Notes under the pieces: generated by a model | What the model was told of the DNA's origin: nothing | What the model saw: only the letters and a program-made list of their open reading frames with translations | The model's database searches: none | Origin: Fimbriimonadales bacterium | GTDB lineage: Bacteria > Armatimonadota > Fimbriimonadia > Fimbriimonadales > ATM1 | Length of the DNA stretch: 64,000 nucleotides | NCBI GenBank assembly: GCA_051003155.1 | Contig: JBPCLO010000013.1 | Coordinates: forward strand, 1 to 64,000 | Reading direction: 5' to 3' | Part shown: positions 10,859 through 19,764 of the stretch, one piece after another | How positions within the stretch are numbered: position 1 is the first letter of the stretch | Layout: each line of letters opens with the position of its first letter | Position numbers and translations under genes: made by a program

Positions 10859-10935
10859 GCGGGCGTAGCTCAGTTGGTTAGAGCGTCGGCCTGTCACGCC
10901 GAAGGTCGCGGGTTCAAGTCCCGTCGTCCGCGCCA
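10859..10935 (+). tRNA. tRNA-Asp (GTC)
   Basis: GCGGGCG/CGTCCGC acceptor stem, TAGCTCAGTTGG D-arm, CTGTCAC anticodon loop, GGTTCAAGTCC T-arm, encoded CCA. Confidence 0.96.
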
Positions 10936-10955
10936 GAATTCCCTAGGCACGACGT

Positions 10956-11031
10956 GCCGCGGTAGCTCAGTCGGTAGAGCAATGGACTGAAAATCCATGT
11001 GTCGCCGGTTCGATTCCGGCCTGCGGCACCA
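10956..11031 (+). tRNA. tRNA-Phe (GAA)
   Basis: GCCGCGG/CTGCGGC acceptor stem, CTGAAAA anticodon loop, GGTTCGATTCC T-arm, encoded CCA. Confidence 0.96.
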
Positions 11032-11042
11032 TATCCTTTCTC

Positions 11043-11095
11043 GACTGAAGACTGCGGACTACGGACTGGAGACCGAAGACTCGAGACGGACTGGC
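11043..11095. repeat. Degenerate heptamer tandem repeat (GACnnnn)
   Basis: gactgaa gactgcg gactacg gactgga gaccgaa gactcga gacg gactggc. Confidence 0.7.
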
Positions 11096-11121
11096 CGTCG
11101 TTACGAAGCGCACCGCGTGCC

Positions 11122-11148
11122 GTCATCCCGAGCGTAGTCGAGGGATCT
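11122..11148. repeat. REP-like palindromic element
   Basis: GTCATCCCGAGCGTAGTCGAGGGATCT, an imperfect hairpin resembling the widespread GTCATCCTGAGC..CGAAGGATCT extragenic repeat. Confidence 0.55.
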
Positions 11149-11201
11149 TAAGCCCACTGCTCAGGGAGAATCTTTCCATGCTGCCTGGGTACAACCACGT
11201 C

Positions 11202-11678
11202 ATGGCTGAGCGGAGATATTGGCTGATGAAGTCCGAACCGGACACTTATTCCTACGAGGATCTCGAAAAGGAAGAGCGGGGGCAGGGACACTGGGAGGGT
11301 GTCCGGAACTTCCAGGCACGCAACTTCATGAAGAACGACATGAAGGTCGGCGACCGGGTGCTCTTCTACTACAGCAGTTGCCCTGAGCCCGGCATCGCCG
11401 GTATCGCGGAGGTCGCCAGCGAAGCCTATCCCGACCATACGCAGTTCGACCCCAAGTCGCATTATTACGACCCGACAGCGCGGGAGGAAAAACCGAAGTG
11501 GTGGATGGTCGACTTAAGGGCGATCGAAAAACTTCCGCATTACGTTTCCCTCAAGACGATGCGCGAGACGCCGGAACTAGCCGACATGATCACCCTTAGG
11601 AAAGGCAATCGCCTCAGCATCACTCCGGTTACCGAGTCCGACTGGCGAACCGTCCTGCGCCTGGGCGGCAAGCCGTAG
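11202..11678 (+). CDS. EVE domain protein
   Basis: YWLMKSEP, WEGVRNFQARNFM, MKVGD.VLFYYS, RLSITPV. Confidence 0.95.
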   Translation: MAERRYWLMKSEPDTYSYEDLEKEERGQGHWEGVRNFQARNFMKNDMKVGDRVLFYYSSCPEPGIAGIAEVASEAYPDHTQFDPKSHYYDPTAREEKPKWWMVDLRAIEKLPHYVSLKTMRETPELADMITLRKGNRLSITPVTESDWRTVLRLGGKP

Positions 11679-12434
11679 CTACTTTACTTTGAAGAGTTCT
11701 TTGTCAACCTCGACATTGGTTTGGAGGTTGACTGTCCATTCGCTCCTGATCGTGTTCAGCTGCTCGGCGGTACCGAGCAGGTCTTGCCATATAAGGCTGA
11801 CCAAATTGTAGTTCTTATCGACGTAAATGTATGCAGGCGTCTTGAGAGCCGAAACACCTTGGTCGCTCTGAGCCGTGCCGTACGTGTAGTCGGCTTTGAT
11901 TCGGTATACGGGAATGCCCGAGATCTCAGCGTCCTCCTTATCCATAGTCACATTGGAGAGCCTCCTCGTGAACGTGGTGATCTCGTACGGGTTGTAAAGC
12001 CCCAGAGCGATGGGCAGGGATCGGTCGATCAACATGGTGCAAAAGGCATTGAGCCCTTCCTCGACCGACTTGGGAGCAACTTCATAGAACTTGCCGTGCT
12101 TGCCTGCATCCGTCATCGGCAGCAGCCTTGGCGGAACCGTGTAAGACATCCTGGTGCCGTCGCTGACGGCGACAAAGTGGCTAAGAGTATCCGTACCCTG
12201 GGCGGCAGGTTGGCGGAGTTGCTCTATAAAGAACAAGTTCGGCTTAGACATCGCCAGCGACGTTAGTACTGTTACCTTCGCCGTGCCGGAGTTGCTCGAA
12301 GCGGTTTGAACAAACGCGATGGTTCCCTTAACCGTGTTGGCCGTGTGAAACTTCGAGAGCATCTTGGAGACGACTTCGGTGCCCGTGTCCGTGGCCGATG
12401 TAGTTAGGGCCAGTAAGGCAATGGCAGTTAGCAT
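11679..12434 (-). CDS. Secreted hypothetical protein, possibly LolA-like fold
   Basis: Signal peptide; KPNLF, VSDG and C-terminal VDKELF pattern reminiscent of LolA-like/DUF2092 proteins. Confidence 0.55.
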   Translation of the reverse strand: MLTAIALLALTTSATDTGTEVVSKMLSKFHTANTVKGTIAFVQTASSNSGTAKVTVLTSLAMSKPNLFFIEQLRQPAAQGTDTLSHFVAVSDGTRMSYTVPPRLLPMTDAGKHGKFYEVAPKSVEEGLNAFCTMLIDRSLPIALGLYNPYEITTFTRRLSNVTMDKEDAEISGIPVYRIKADYTYGTAQSDQGVSALKTPAYIYVDKNYNLVSLIWQDLLGTAEQLNTIRSEWTVNLQTNVEVDKELFKVK

Positions 12435-12438
12435 GTTT

Positions 12439-12972
12439 CTATTCTCCTGGGGTCCACTTCACATCTGAGACGCCATCTTGTCGGTTGGCGGTTCGCGCTA
12501 AAACGAACAGTAGATCCGATAGCCGGTTCAAATAAACGATGGAATGCGGATTTACATCTGCAGTTTGCGCGAGAGCAACAACGGATCTTTCCGCGCGCCT
12601 GCATATTGTACGCGATAGGTGAAGGTGTGCCGCGGCGGCGGAACCGCCAGGCAGGATAAAGCTTCGCAGAGGCTCGAGATCGGCTTGATGTTCATCGATA
12701 GCCCGCTCCAACCGCTGTGGCTGTTGCGTCGCAATGCGCGGATTCAATTCGGTCGCCGCCAGTTCCGCGCCCAGGTCGAAGAGGTCGCTCTGAACATGCT
12801 CGAGGATCGGATCGACTCCGAGGTTCACAAGGCCGCGCGCAACTCCGATCGAAGCATTGGTTTCGTCGACATCGCCGATGGCCACCACACGGGTGTCGCT
12901 TTTCAGCGCGCGCCTGCCGCCGATCAGGCCCGTGTCGCCTTTATCTCCGGTCTTCGTGTAGATGCGAGCCAC
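12439..12972 (-). CDS. pduO: Cob(I)alamin adenosyltransferase, PduO type
   Basis: IYTKTGDKGDT, GDVDETN, FILPGG, RTICRRAER, YLNRLSDLLF. Confidence 0.95.
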   Translation of the reverse strand: MARIYTKTGDKGDTGLIGGRRALKSDTRVVAIGDVDETNASIGVARGLVNLGVDPILEHVQSDLFDLGAELAATELNPRIATQQPQRLERAIDEHQADLEPLRSFILPGGSAAAAHLHLSRTICRRAERSVVALAQTADVNPHSIVYLNRLSDLLFVLARTANRQDGVSDVKWTPGE

Positions 12973-13092
12973 GGCCTTAGTTTGGCATGGTGACGCCGCA
13001 GAGGCTCACGGGAAGGTAACATTTGGACGGCAGGTCGACGCTGACTTGCTGTTTTTTCGTCGGGCAATGGCGCTCGTCAATAGGAGCACCGA

Positions 13093-14136
13093 TTGTCTAC
13101 TAAGCAAGATACTAAGTCATCGGCCCGTAAATCGGATAGCGGCAAACTCGCCGAGCCCGCGGACAAGCTTATCGATTACTACGACTGGATGTTGCGTATC
13201 CGAGTATTCGAGGACCAAACAATTCGCGCATACCGGCAGGGCCTCGCGGGGGGCTATCTCCATGTTTATGAAGGAATGGAGGCTACTGCGGTCGGTTGGC
13301 TAAGTTGCATCAACAAAGGCGACCCGGTGATCACCGCCTATCGTGACCATGGCCACGCCCTTTATCTGGGCTGCGACCCGGTGGCCACGATGGCCGAAAT
13401 TATGGGCCGGTCGGGCGGGATGAGCAGAGGCAAGGGCGGCTCTATGCACTTGTACAGCAAGGAGCACAACTTTTACGGGGGCTGGGGTATCGTGGGCGGC
13501 CACGTTCCCCTCGGCGTTGGGCTGGCTTTCGGCACCAAATATAAAGGTGGCGACGAGGTCACCCACTGCTTCTTGGGAGACGGAGCTGCCAACGCGGGCG
13601 TCGTTTACGAAGTTATGAATATGGCTTCGCTTTGGGACCTTCCGGTCATCCTGATCATCGAGAACAACGAATTTGCAATGGGCACCCGGCTCGAATACCA
13701 CGCCGCCGATCCGGAGATGCACAAGCGCGCCGAAGGCTTCAACATGGAGCACGAGCGGATTGACGGCATGGACATCCTCGCGCTTCGTAAGGACGCCAAG
13801 CGGATCATCGACCGAGTCCGCAAAACCCAACGCCCTTACCTCGTCGAGATCATGAACTATCGCTTCGCAGGGCACGGCGCCGCGGACAACGACCAGGGCC
13901 TTTACCGCTCGCCGGAAGAGGTCGAGCGCGCAAAGCAGCGCGATCCACTGCATCTTTTAGGTACGTACCTCCTGGAGCACGGCGTTCTATCTCAGAAGGA
14001 ACTCGACAAGAAGCGCGAGGAAGCGGAAACGGAGATGGAGGCGGTCTACGAGACGGCGTCCCAATCACCGAAGCCTGAACCAGAGGAAGTCTACTTCGAC
14101 GTGTATAGCGACATGGCTCCGGAGCCCGGGCACTAG
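13093..14136 (+). CDS. pdhA: Pyruvate dehydrogenase E1 alpha subunit
   Basis: YRDHGH, GKGGSMH, TPP motif GDGA...ENN, YRFAGH. Confidence 0.9.
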   Translation: MSTKQDTKSSARKSDSGKLAEPADKLIDYYDWMLRIRVFEDQTIRAYRQGLAGGYLHVYEGMEATAVGWLSCINKGDPVITAYRDHGHALYLGCDPVATMAEIMGRSGGMSRGKGGSMHLYSKEHNFYGGWGIVGGHVPLGVGLAFGTKYKGGDEVTHCFLGDGAANAGVVYEVMNMASLWDLPVILIIENNEFAMGTRLEYHAADPEMHKRAEGFNMEHERIDGMDILALRKDAKRIIDRVRKTQRPYLVEIMNYRFAGHGAADNDQGLYRSPEEVERAKQRDPLHLLGTYLLEHGVLSQKELDKKREEAETEMEAVYETASQSPKPEPEEVYFDVYSDMAPEPGH

Positions 14137-15111
14137 ATGATTCTCACCTACCGAGACGCCCTCCGTAAGGCGATGGCCGACGAGATCGAGCGAGACGAAA
14201 GCGTTTTCCTTATCGGGGAAGACATTGGCCGGTATCAGGGCACTTTCCGAGTAACTCAGGGCCTCTTCGAGCAGTTCAGGCAGAAGCGGGTGCTCGACAC
14301 TCCGATCTCGGAGCCGGGCGTCGTCGGCATCGCGACCGGGGCGGCCATGATCGGGCTACGGCCTATTGTCGAGATGATGACGATGAGCTTCTCCGTTCTT
14401 GCTCTCGATCAGATCATAAACCACGCGGCAAAGATTCACTACATGACAGGTGGACAGTTTACGGTTCCGATGGTGGTTCGTGGACCAGGAGGCGCAGCTA
14501 ATCAGCTGAGCGCCCAGCATAGCCACAGCATGGAGGGATGGTACGCCCACGTCCCCGGCCTCAAGGTCGTTGCACCCAGCACGCCTCGCGACGCATACGG
14601 GATGCTGAAAACCGCAATCCGTGACGACAATCCGGTCATTTTCAACGAGAACCCGGGACTATACGCGGTCAAGGGCGAGATCCCCGACGAAGAGGATTTC
14701 ACAATTCCGTTCGGAAAGTGCGCTGTGCGCGCGGAGGGGAAGGATATCACCCTGATCGGATACTCGCGTATGGCCCTCGTTTGCATGGAGGTCGCCGAGG
14801 AACTCGATAAAGAGGGCATCAGCGCTGAGGTGATCGACGTTCGTTCGCTCCTGCCGCTCGACTCAGAAACAATCTTCGACTCCGTAAAGAAGACGCACCG
14901 TGCGGTCGTTCTTTACGAGGACTGGAGGTCCGGCGGATTCGGCTCAGAGTTGGTCGCTCGAATTCAGGAGTCATGCTTCGACCACCTCGACGCCCCGGTT
15001 GGACGCGTCGGCGGTCTGAATGTGCCGATGCCTTACGCTCGCAACCTGGAGCTTCTGTGTATCCCGAACAAAGACGATCTCTTGACTCAGGTTCACAAGA
15101 CTCTGACGTAA
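14137..15111 (+). CDS. pdhB: Pyruvate dehydrogenase E1 beta subunit
   Basis: GEDIG, DTPISE, AQHSHS, PMPYA; directly abuts pdhA. Confidence 0.9.
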   Translation: MILTYRDALRKAMADEIERDESVFLIGEDIGRYQGTFRVTQGLFEQFRQKRVLDTPISEPGVVGIATGAAMIGLRPIVEMMTMSFSVLALDQIINHAAKIHYMTGGQFTVPMVVRGPGGAANQLSAQHSHSMEGWYAHVPGLKVVAPSTPRDAYGMLKTAIRDDNPVIFNENPGLYAVKGEIPDEEDFTIPFGKCAVRAEGKDITLIGYSRMALVCMEVAEELDKEGISAEVIDVRSLLPLDSETIFDSVKKTHRAVVLYEDWRSGGFGSELVARIQESCFDHLDAPVGRVGGLNVPMPYARNLELLCIPNKDDLLTQVHKTLT

Positions 15112-15156
15112 CCGCAGGGGTTACAATCTGGACTCCCCATCCTTCACAATGGGAGG

Positions 15157-16431
15157 ATGAATGATGCCGCGATTGCCGGACTGTTCGAGCTGATAAACGA
15201 GAAAGGAATCGGTGCAACGGTAGAGCGCGTCTCCGATGACGAGGCGATTCGGCTTACCGAAGAATTCGGCACTCACAACTACCACCCGCTTCACGTCAAT
15301 ATCGTTCGCGGCGACGGGATTTATGCGTACGACGGGAGCGGCACCGAATACATCGACTGCATCGGGAGCTACTCGGCAGTTGCCCACGGCCACCTCAACG
15401 AGGCCGTCTCCAATGTCGTGAAAAAGCAGCTCGACAAACTCACGCTAACCAGTAGAGCGGTCTACACATCCGAAATGGCGCTGCTTTTGCAAGGGCTTTG
15501 CGAGTACACCGAAATGGAGATGGCTTGTCCGATGAACACCGGTGCGGAAGCCGTCGAAACCGCAATCAAGCTCGCGAGGAAGTGGGCATACACGATCAAG
15601 GGCGTTCCCACAAACCGGGCCGAAATCATCGTCGCGAATGAGAATTTCCACGGGCGAACCACGACGATCGTCGGCTTCAGCAGCGAGGCCCAGTACAAGG
15701 AAGGCTTCGGGCCCTTCACCCCCGGTTTCAAAATGGTCGTGTTCGGCGATACCGCCGCCTTGGAAGCGGCCATCACGCCGAATACCGCCGCCGTCCTCAT
15801 GGAACCGATCCAAGCGGAAGGCGGGATTATCTTTCCTCCCGGCGGATATATGGCCGCCGTGCGCGAACTCTGCACGAGAAACAACGTACTGCTCATCTGG
15901 GACGAAATACAGACGGGCTTCTGCCGCACAGGCAAGAAATTCGCGTGGCAGTACGAGGATGCTAAGCCTGACATGATGTGCCTCGGAAAGGCGCTTGGTG
16001 GCGGCCTGTATCCGGTCTCGGCCGTTGTCGGCGCGCGCAAGGTGATGAGCGTTTTCATCCCAGGCGATCACGGAAGCACGTTCGGCGGAAACCCACTCGC
16101 GTCTGTAATCGCCCTCGCGGCAATGGCAGAGATGGAGTCGCAGGACTACGCGGGCCGCAGCGCAGCGATGGGCGCAAGACTGCTCGGCGGACTCAGGGCC
16201 CTTCGTCATAACTCCATCGAAGACGTCAGGGGAAGAGGCCTGTTGGTAGGCATAGAGGTCCGCGAAGGCGTGGACACGAAAGACCTCACCCAAGCGTTCC
16301 TGAGCGAACGAATCCTGACAAAGGAGACGAGAAGTAGGACTTTCCGATTCGCCCCGCCACTCATTGTTTCTGACGCGCAAATCGACGAAATTGTAGTGAG
16401 AACTTCGCGCGCGCTCAACGCCGTCAGCTAA
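15157..16431 (+). CDS. rocD: Ornithine--oxo-acid aminotransferase
   Basis: HNYHPL, YSAVAHGH, LTLTSRA, PMNTGAEAVETA, NFHGRT, DEIQTG, LGKALGGG, HGSTFGGNP. Confidence 0.93.
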   Translation: MNDAAIAGLFELINEKGIGATVERVSDDEAIRLTEEFGTHNYHPLHVNIVRGDGIYAYDGSGTEYIDCIGSYSAVAHGHLNEAVSNVVKKQLDKLTLTSRAVYTSEMALLLQGLCEYTEMEMACPMNTGAEAVETAIKLARKWAYTIKGVPTNRAEIIVANENFHGRTTTIVGFSSEAQYKEGFGPFTPGFKMVVFGDTAALEAAITPNTAAVLMEPIQAEGGIIFPPGGYMAAVRELCTRNNVLLIWDEIQTGFCRTGKKFAWQYEDAKPDMMCLGKALGGGLYPVSAVVGARKVMSVFIPGDHGSTFGGNPLASVIALAAMAEMESQDYAGRSAAMGARLLGGLRALRHNSIEDVRGRGLLVGIEVREGVDTKDLTQAFLSERILTKETRSRTFRFAPPLIVSDAQIDEIVVRTSRALNAVS

Positions 16432-16476
16432 ACCGCAACGGCGCACAGCCTAAAGCTGTAATATGTTGGGCGGGCG

Positions 16477-17037
16477 ATGTTGACTTTCTACATCATCTCT
16501 GCGATTGTGGGTGGAATCCTGATTCTCGCTTCCGCATTTGCGAGCGACGACCACCATTTCCACTTGGGTGGCGGCGATTCTCACGATGCTGACGGCATCC
16601 ACGCGGATGTTTACATCCCGTTCTTCAGCCTCAGATTTTGGACCTATTTCTTCACGTTCTTCGGCGTCACAGGCTTGGCGCTGACGAATTTTACAACCCT
16701 CGCCGCGGGCCTCGTCCCGTGGCTTTCGGGTGCCACCGGCTTGGTAGCCGGCCTGCTCGTGTTTTTCAGCATGATGGCCCTGCGCAAGAACGAGGTAGAC
16801 AGCAACGTTTCTCAGGAGGACCTTGTCGGTTCGGAAGCCAAGGTGCTGTTATCGATATCCGAAGGGAAACCAGGAAAGATTCGGTGCGCGATAAAGGGTG
16901 AGCTTTTGGATTTGGTCGCGTTCACATCCGAAAAGTCGCCCATTGAAGTCGGGGCGCGGGCACTCGTCGTCGGCATCGAGAATGGCAACGCGGAAGTAGT
17001 ATCGTTGACGGCGATGCTCGAACAAGGTGGGAGCTAA
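16477..17037 (+). CDS. NfeD-like membrane protein
   Basis: Three hydrophobic segments and a C-terminal OB-like domain (LVGSEAKV..GKI); lies upstream of two flotillins. Confidence 0.8.
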   Translation: MLTFYIISAIVGGILILASAFASDDHHFHLGGGDSHDADGIHADVYIPFFSLRFWTYFFTFFGVTGLALTNFTTLAAGLVPWLSGATGLVAGLLVFFSMMALRKNEVDSNVSQEDLVGSEAKVLLSISEGKPGKIRCAIKGELLDLVAFTSEKSPIEVGARALVVGIENGNAEVVSLTAMLEQGGS

Positions 17038-17041
17038 AAGC

Positions 17042-18334
17042 ATGTTCGATTTCTTGCGGGAATGGACCACGATACACTGGTCGATTGCCGGTGGCCTCGC
17101 CTTCGGGCTCGGCCTGCTGGTCTTGCTGGCGTTCATCAAGAATTTCCTCTATATCTGCACTCCGAACCAGGTCTTGATCTTTTCAGGAGGCCAGAAGCAC
17201 AGGCTCCCGGATGGTTCTTACCGCGGATTCAGAGTGGTCTTCGGCGGGCGGGGATGGCGAAAGCCGTTCTTCGAGCGCGTAAGCCGGATGAGCCTCAGCA
17301 TCATGGAGGTTCCCATTCACATTCGTGGAGCGTACTCGAAGGGCGGTGTCCCGCTGATCGTGGAAGCCATCGCGAACATCAAGATTTCGAGCGATCCCGT
17401 CCTGATTGGCAACGCCATCGAACGATTCTTGGGGCGAGATCCGGAGGAGATTCGGCGTGTTGCGAAGGAAACCCTGGAGGGCCACCTTCGAGGCGTCCTC
17501 GCGAAGTTGACACCCGAAGAGGTGAACGAGGATCGGCTGAAGTTCGCTGCGGAACTCAGCCAAGAATCTGCGGATGATCTTAGCAAGCTCGGAATCCAAG
17601 TGGACACGCTGAAGATTCAGCACGTTTCGGATGATGTCAAATACTTGGACTCTATCGGCCGTGGAGCGATCGCTAATGTTATCCGCGACGCTGAAATTGC
17701 GGAAAGCGACGCCATGCGAGACGCCGCGCAAGCCGAAGCCGAGGCGGAAGGCCGTTCAAAAGTCACGGAGGCGAACGTGGACGCCGCCGTGTTTCGGCTC
17801 CATAACGACCTGCGAAGGATTCAGGCTGAGCTGGAATCCAAGGTCAAGTCGGAGGAGGAGAGGACCACAGCAGCGGCGCGCGAGGCCCGCGCTGTGGCGG
17901 AACAGGAACTACAACAGGTCAGGGCCCATCTCGAAGGCATACGCCTACGAGCGGACAAGGTGCTCCCGGCAGACGCGGCGAGGAGCGCGCAAGAATTCAA
18001 GGCCCAAGGGGACGCAGCCTCCATTCGCGAACGGGGGCAAGCGGTCGGTCAGGCTCTCGACATGCTCAACGCCGCCTGGTCCAGTGCCGGCGACAACGCC
18101 CTTGCGATTTATCTGATCGAGGATATCGACAACATACTGAGTACTGCCGCCAAAGGGGTCTCAAAAGTAAGGATCGGTAACCTGAGCATCATCGACAAAG
18201 GGGATGGCAAAACCCTGTCATCGTATGTTTCGGCCTACCCCGCGATGCTGGCGTCGATATTCGACGCGGTTGCTAAAACGACCGGCATCGACATACCACG
18301 CGCGATATCCGGGGATCGGAAGGAGGCCAAGTAA
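17042..18334 (+). CDS. Flotillin/SPFH family protein 1
   Basis: N-terminal TM; ICTPNQVLIFSG, AYSKGGVPL, ETLEGHLRGVLA.LTPEEVNED; Ala/Glu-rich coiled coil. Confidence 0.9.
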   Translation: MFDFLREWTTIHWSIAGGLAFGLGLLVLLAFIKNFLYICTPNQVLIFSGGQKHRLPDGSYRGFRVVFGGRGWRKPFFERVSRMSLSIMEVPIHIRGAYSKGGVPLIVEAIANIKISSDPVLIGNAIERFLGRDPEEIRRVAKETLEGHLRGVLAKLTPEEVNEDRLKFAAELSQESADDLSKLGIQVDTLKIQHVSDDVKYLDSIGRGAIANVIRDAEIAESDAMRDAAQAEAEAEGRSKVTEANVDAAVFRLHNDLRRIQAELESKVKSEEERTTAAAREARAVAEQELQQVRAHLEGIRLRADKVLPADAARSAQEFKAQGDAASIRERGQAVGQALDMLNAAWSSAGDNALAIYLIEDIDNILSTAAKGVSKVRIGNLSIIDKGDGKTLSSYVSAYPAMLASIFDAVAKTTGIDIPRAISGDRKEAK

Positions 18335-18335
18335 C

Positions 18336-19652
18336 GTGGATTGGGTTGCCATTATCATCGGCATCTTGGTAGTTGCGGCAGTTGCCGTTTTTATCACGAT
18401 TACTCGGCTGATCCAGATTTGCCAGCCGAACGAGGTGCTCATTTTCTCAGGCACACGGCGTCGATTTGTGGATCGCTCCATCGGCTACCGTATCATCAAG
18501 GGTGGCATGGGCGTTCGTAAGCCGCTGATCGAGCGTGTCGACAAGATGGACCTTACGAACATGATCATCGACGTCTCGGCGTCGAACGCTTACTCGAAAG
18601 GCGGCGTCCCCCTCACGGTCCAAGGTGTCGCTAACGTGAAGATCGCCGGGCATGAACCCGTCCTAAACAACGCGATCGAGCGTTTCCTTGGTAAGACGAG
18701 GGCTGAGGTGATGTCGATCGCGAAGGCGACACTCGAAGGCAGCCTTCGTGGCGTTCTTGCGACACTTACGCCAGAACAGGTGAACGAAGACAAACTGCTG
18801 TTCGCCGAGCAGCTGGTCCAGGAAGTGGAGCACGACATGACGAGCCTTGGTTTGGTTGTCGATACGCTCAAGATTCAAAATGTTCAAGACGACGTCAAGT
18901 ATCTGGATTCCATTGGCCGCAAACAGACCGCCGAGGTGGTGCGCGTGGCGCGGATCGCTGAAGCGAAAGCGATGTCCGAGGCTGCCATTAGGTCGGCCGA
19001 AAACCGCGAAAGGGAAGTCACCGCCCAAATCTCGGCCCAGGTATCGATCGCCAAGGCGGACGCGCAAAAGCGGTTGACTGACGCGCTAACGAGACGCGAC
19101 GCTGTTGTCGCCGAAGAGCAAGCGACAGTTGCTGCCGCACTGGCATCGGCCAAAGCTGAGGTGGACGTCCAGACCGCACGCGTCGAACAGGTGAAAGGAC
19201 AACTGGAAGCCGACGTTGTGCAGCCCGCCAGAGCCGCTTGCCTTGCTGCGGAAGCGGCCGCAAAAGCGTCAGCTGCGCCCATCATACAAGACGGAAAGGC
19301 GCGAGCGGAAGTCCTTCAAACCCTTGCCGACAGCTGGGTAAAGGCGGGTAAAAACGCGCGCGACGTCTTCCTGCTTCAGAAGCTGGACAAAGTGATCGAG
19401 ACCATAACATCCATAGTTGCCGAAACGGAAATCGAGAAGCTGACGATGATCGATTCCGGTGGAGCAGGCGGAACGCAACCTATGAAAGCGGTTGCAACGC
19501 TCGAACAGATAAAAGAGATCTTCGGCATCGATGTGGTCGACAAGTTGAGATCGCTGGGCGAGCACAACGTCCTGCCGGCAAATACAAGCGACGAGCCCCT
19601 GATCGAGGAAGCGCGCGAATTTGTCGCACCGAAATCTACCCCTGACAGTTAA
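18336..19652 (+). CDS. Flotillin/SPFH family protein 2
   Basis: GTG start after AGGAGG; paralogous motifs ICQPNEVLIFSG and ATLEGSLRGVLATLTPEQVNED. Confidence 0.9.
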   Translation: MDWVAIIIGILVVAAVAVFITITRLIQICQPNEVLIFSGTRRRFVDRSIGYRIIKGGMGVRKPLIERVDKMDLTNMIIDVSASNAYSKGGVPLTVQGVANVKIAGHEPVLNNAIERFLGKTRAEVMSIAKATLEGSLRGVLATLTPEQVNEDKLLFAEQLVQEVEHDMTSLGLVVDTLKIQNVQDDVKYLDSIGRKQTAEVVRVARIAEAKAMSEAAIRSAENREREVTAQISAQVSIAKADAQKRLTDALTRRDAVVAEEQATVAAALASAKAEVDVQTARVEQVKGQLEADVVQPARAACLAAEAAAKASAAPIIQDGKARAEVLQTLADSWVKAGKNARDVFLLQKLDKVIETITSIVAETEIEKLTMIDSGGAGGTQPMKAVATLEQIKEIFGIDVVDKLRSLGEHNVLPANTSDEPLIEEAREFVAPKSTPDS

Positions 19653-19764
19653 AAGTCGGCTATTATGATGGTGAAGGCACGGGCTGCCCCACATTCCCGT
19701 GTCAAGACTTGATTTACCACAGCCTAATGCTCTGCACTTTAAGGGGCTTAGGAAGGAGGAATAG

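Noticed and set aside
11202..11678. EVE protein as part of a modification-dependent restriction system
   Set aside because: It is a stand-alone classical EVE protein with no fused or adjacent nuclease.
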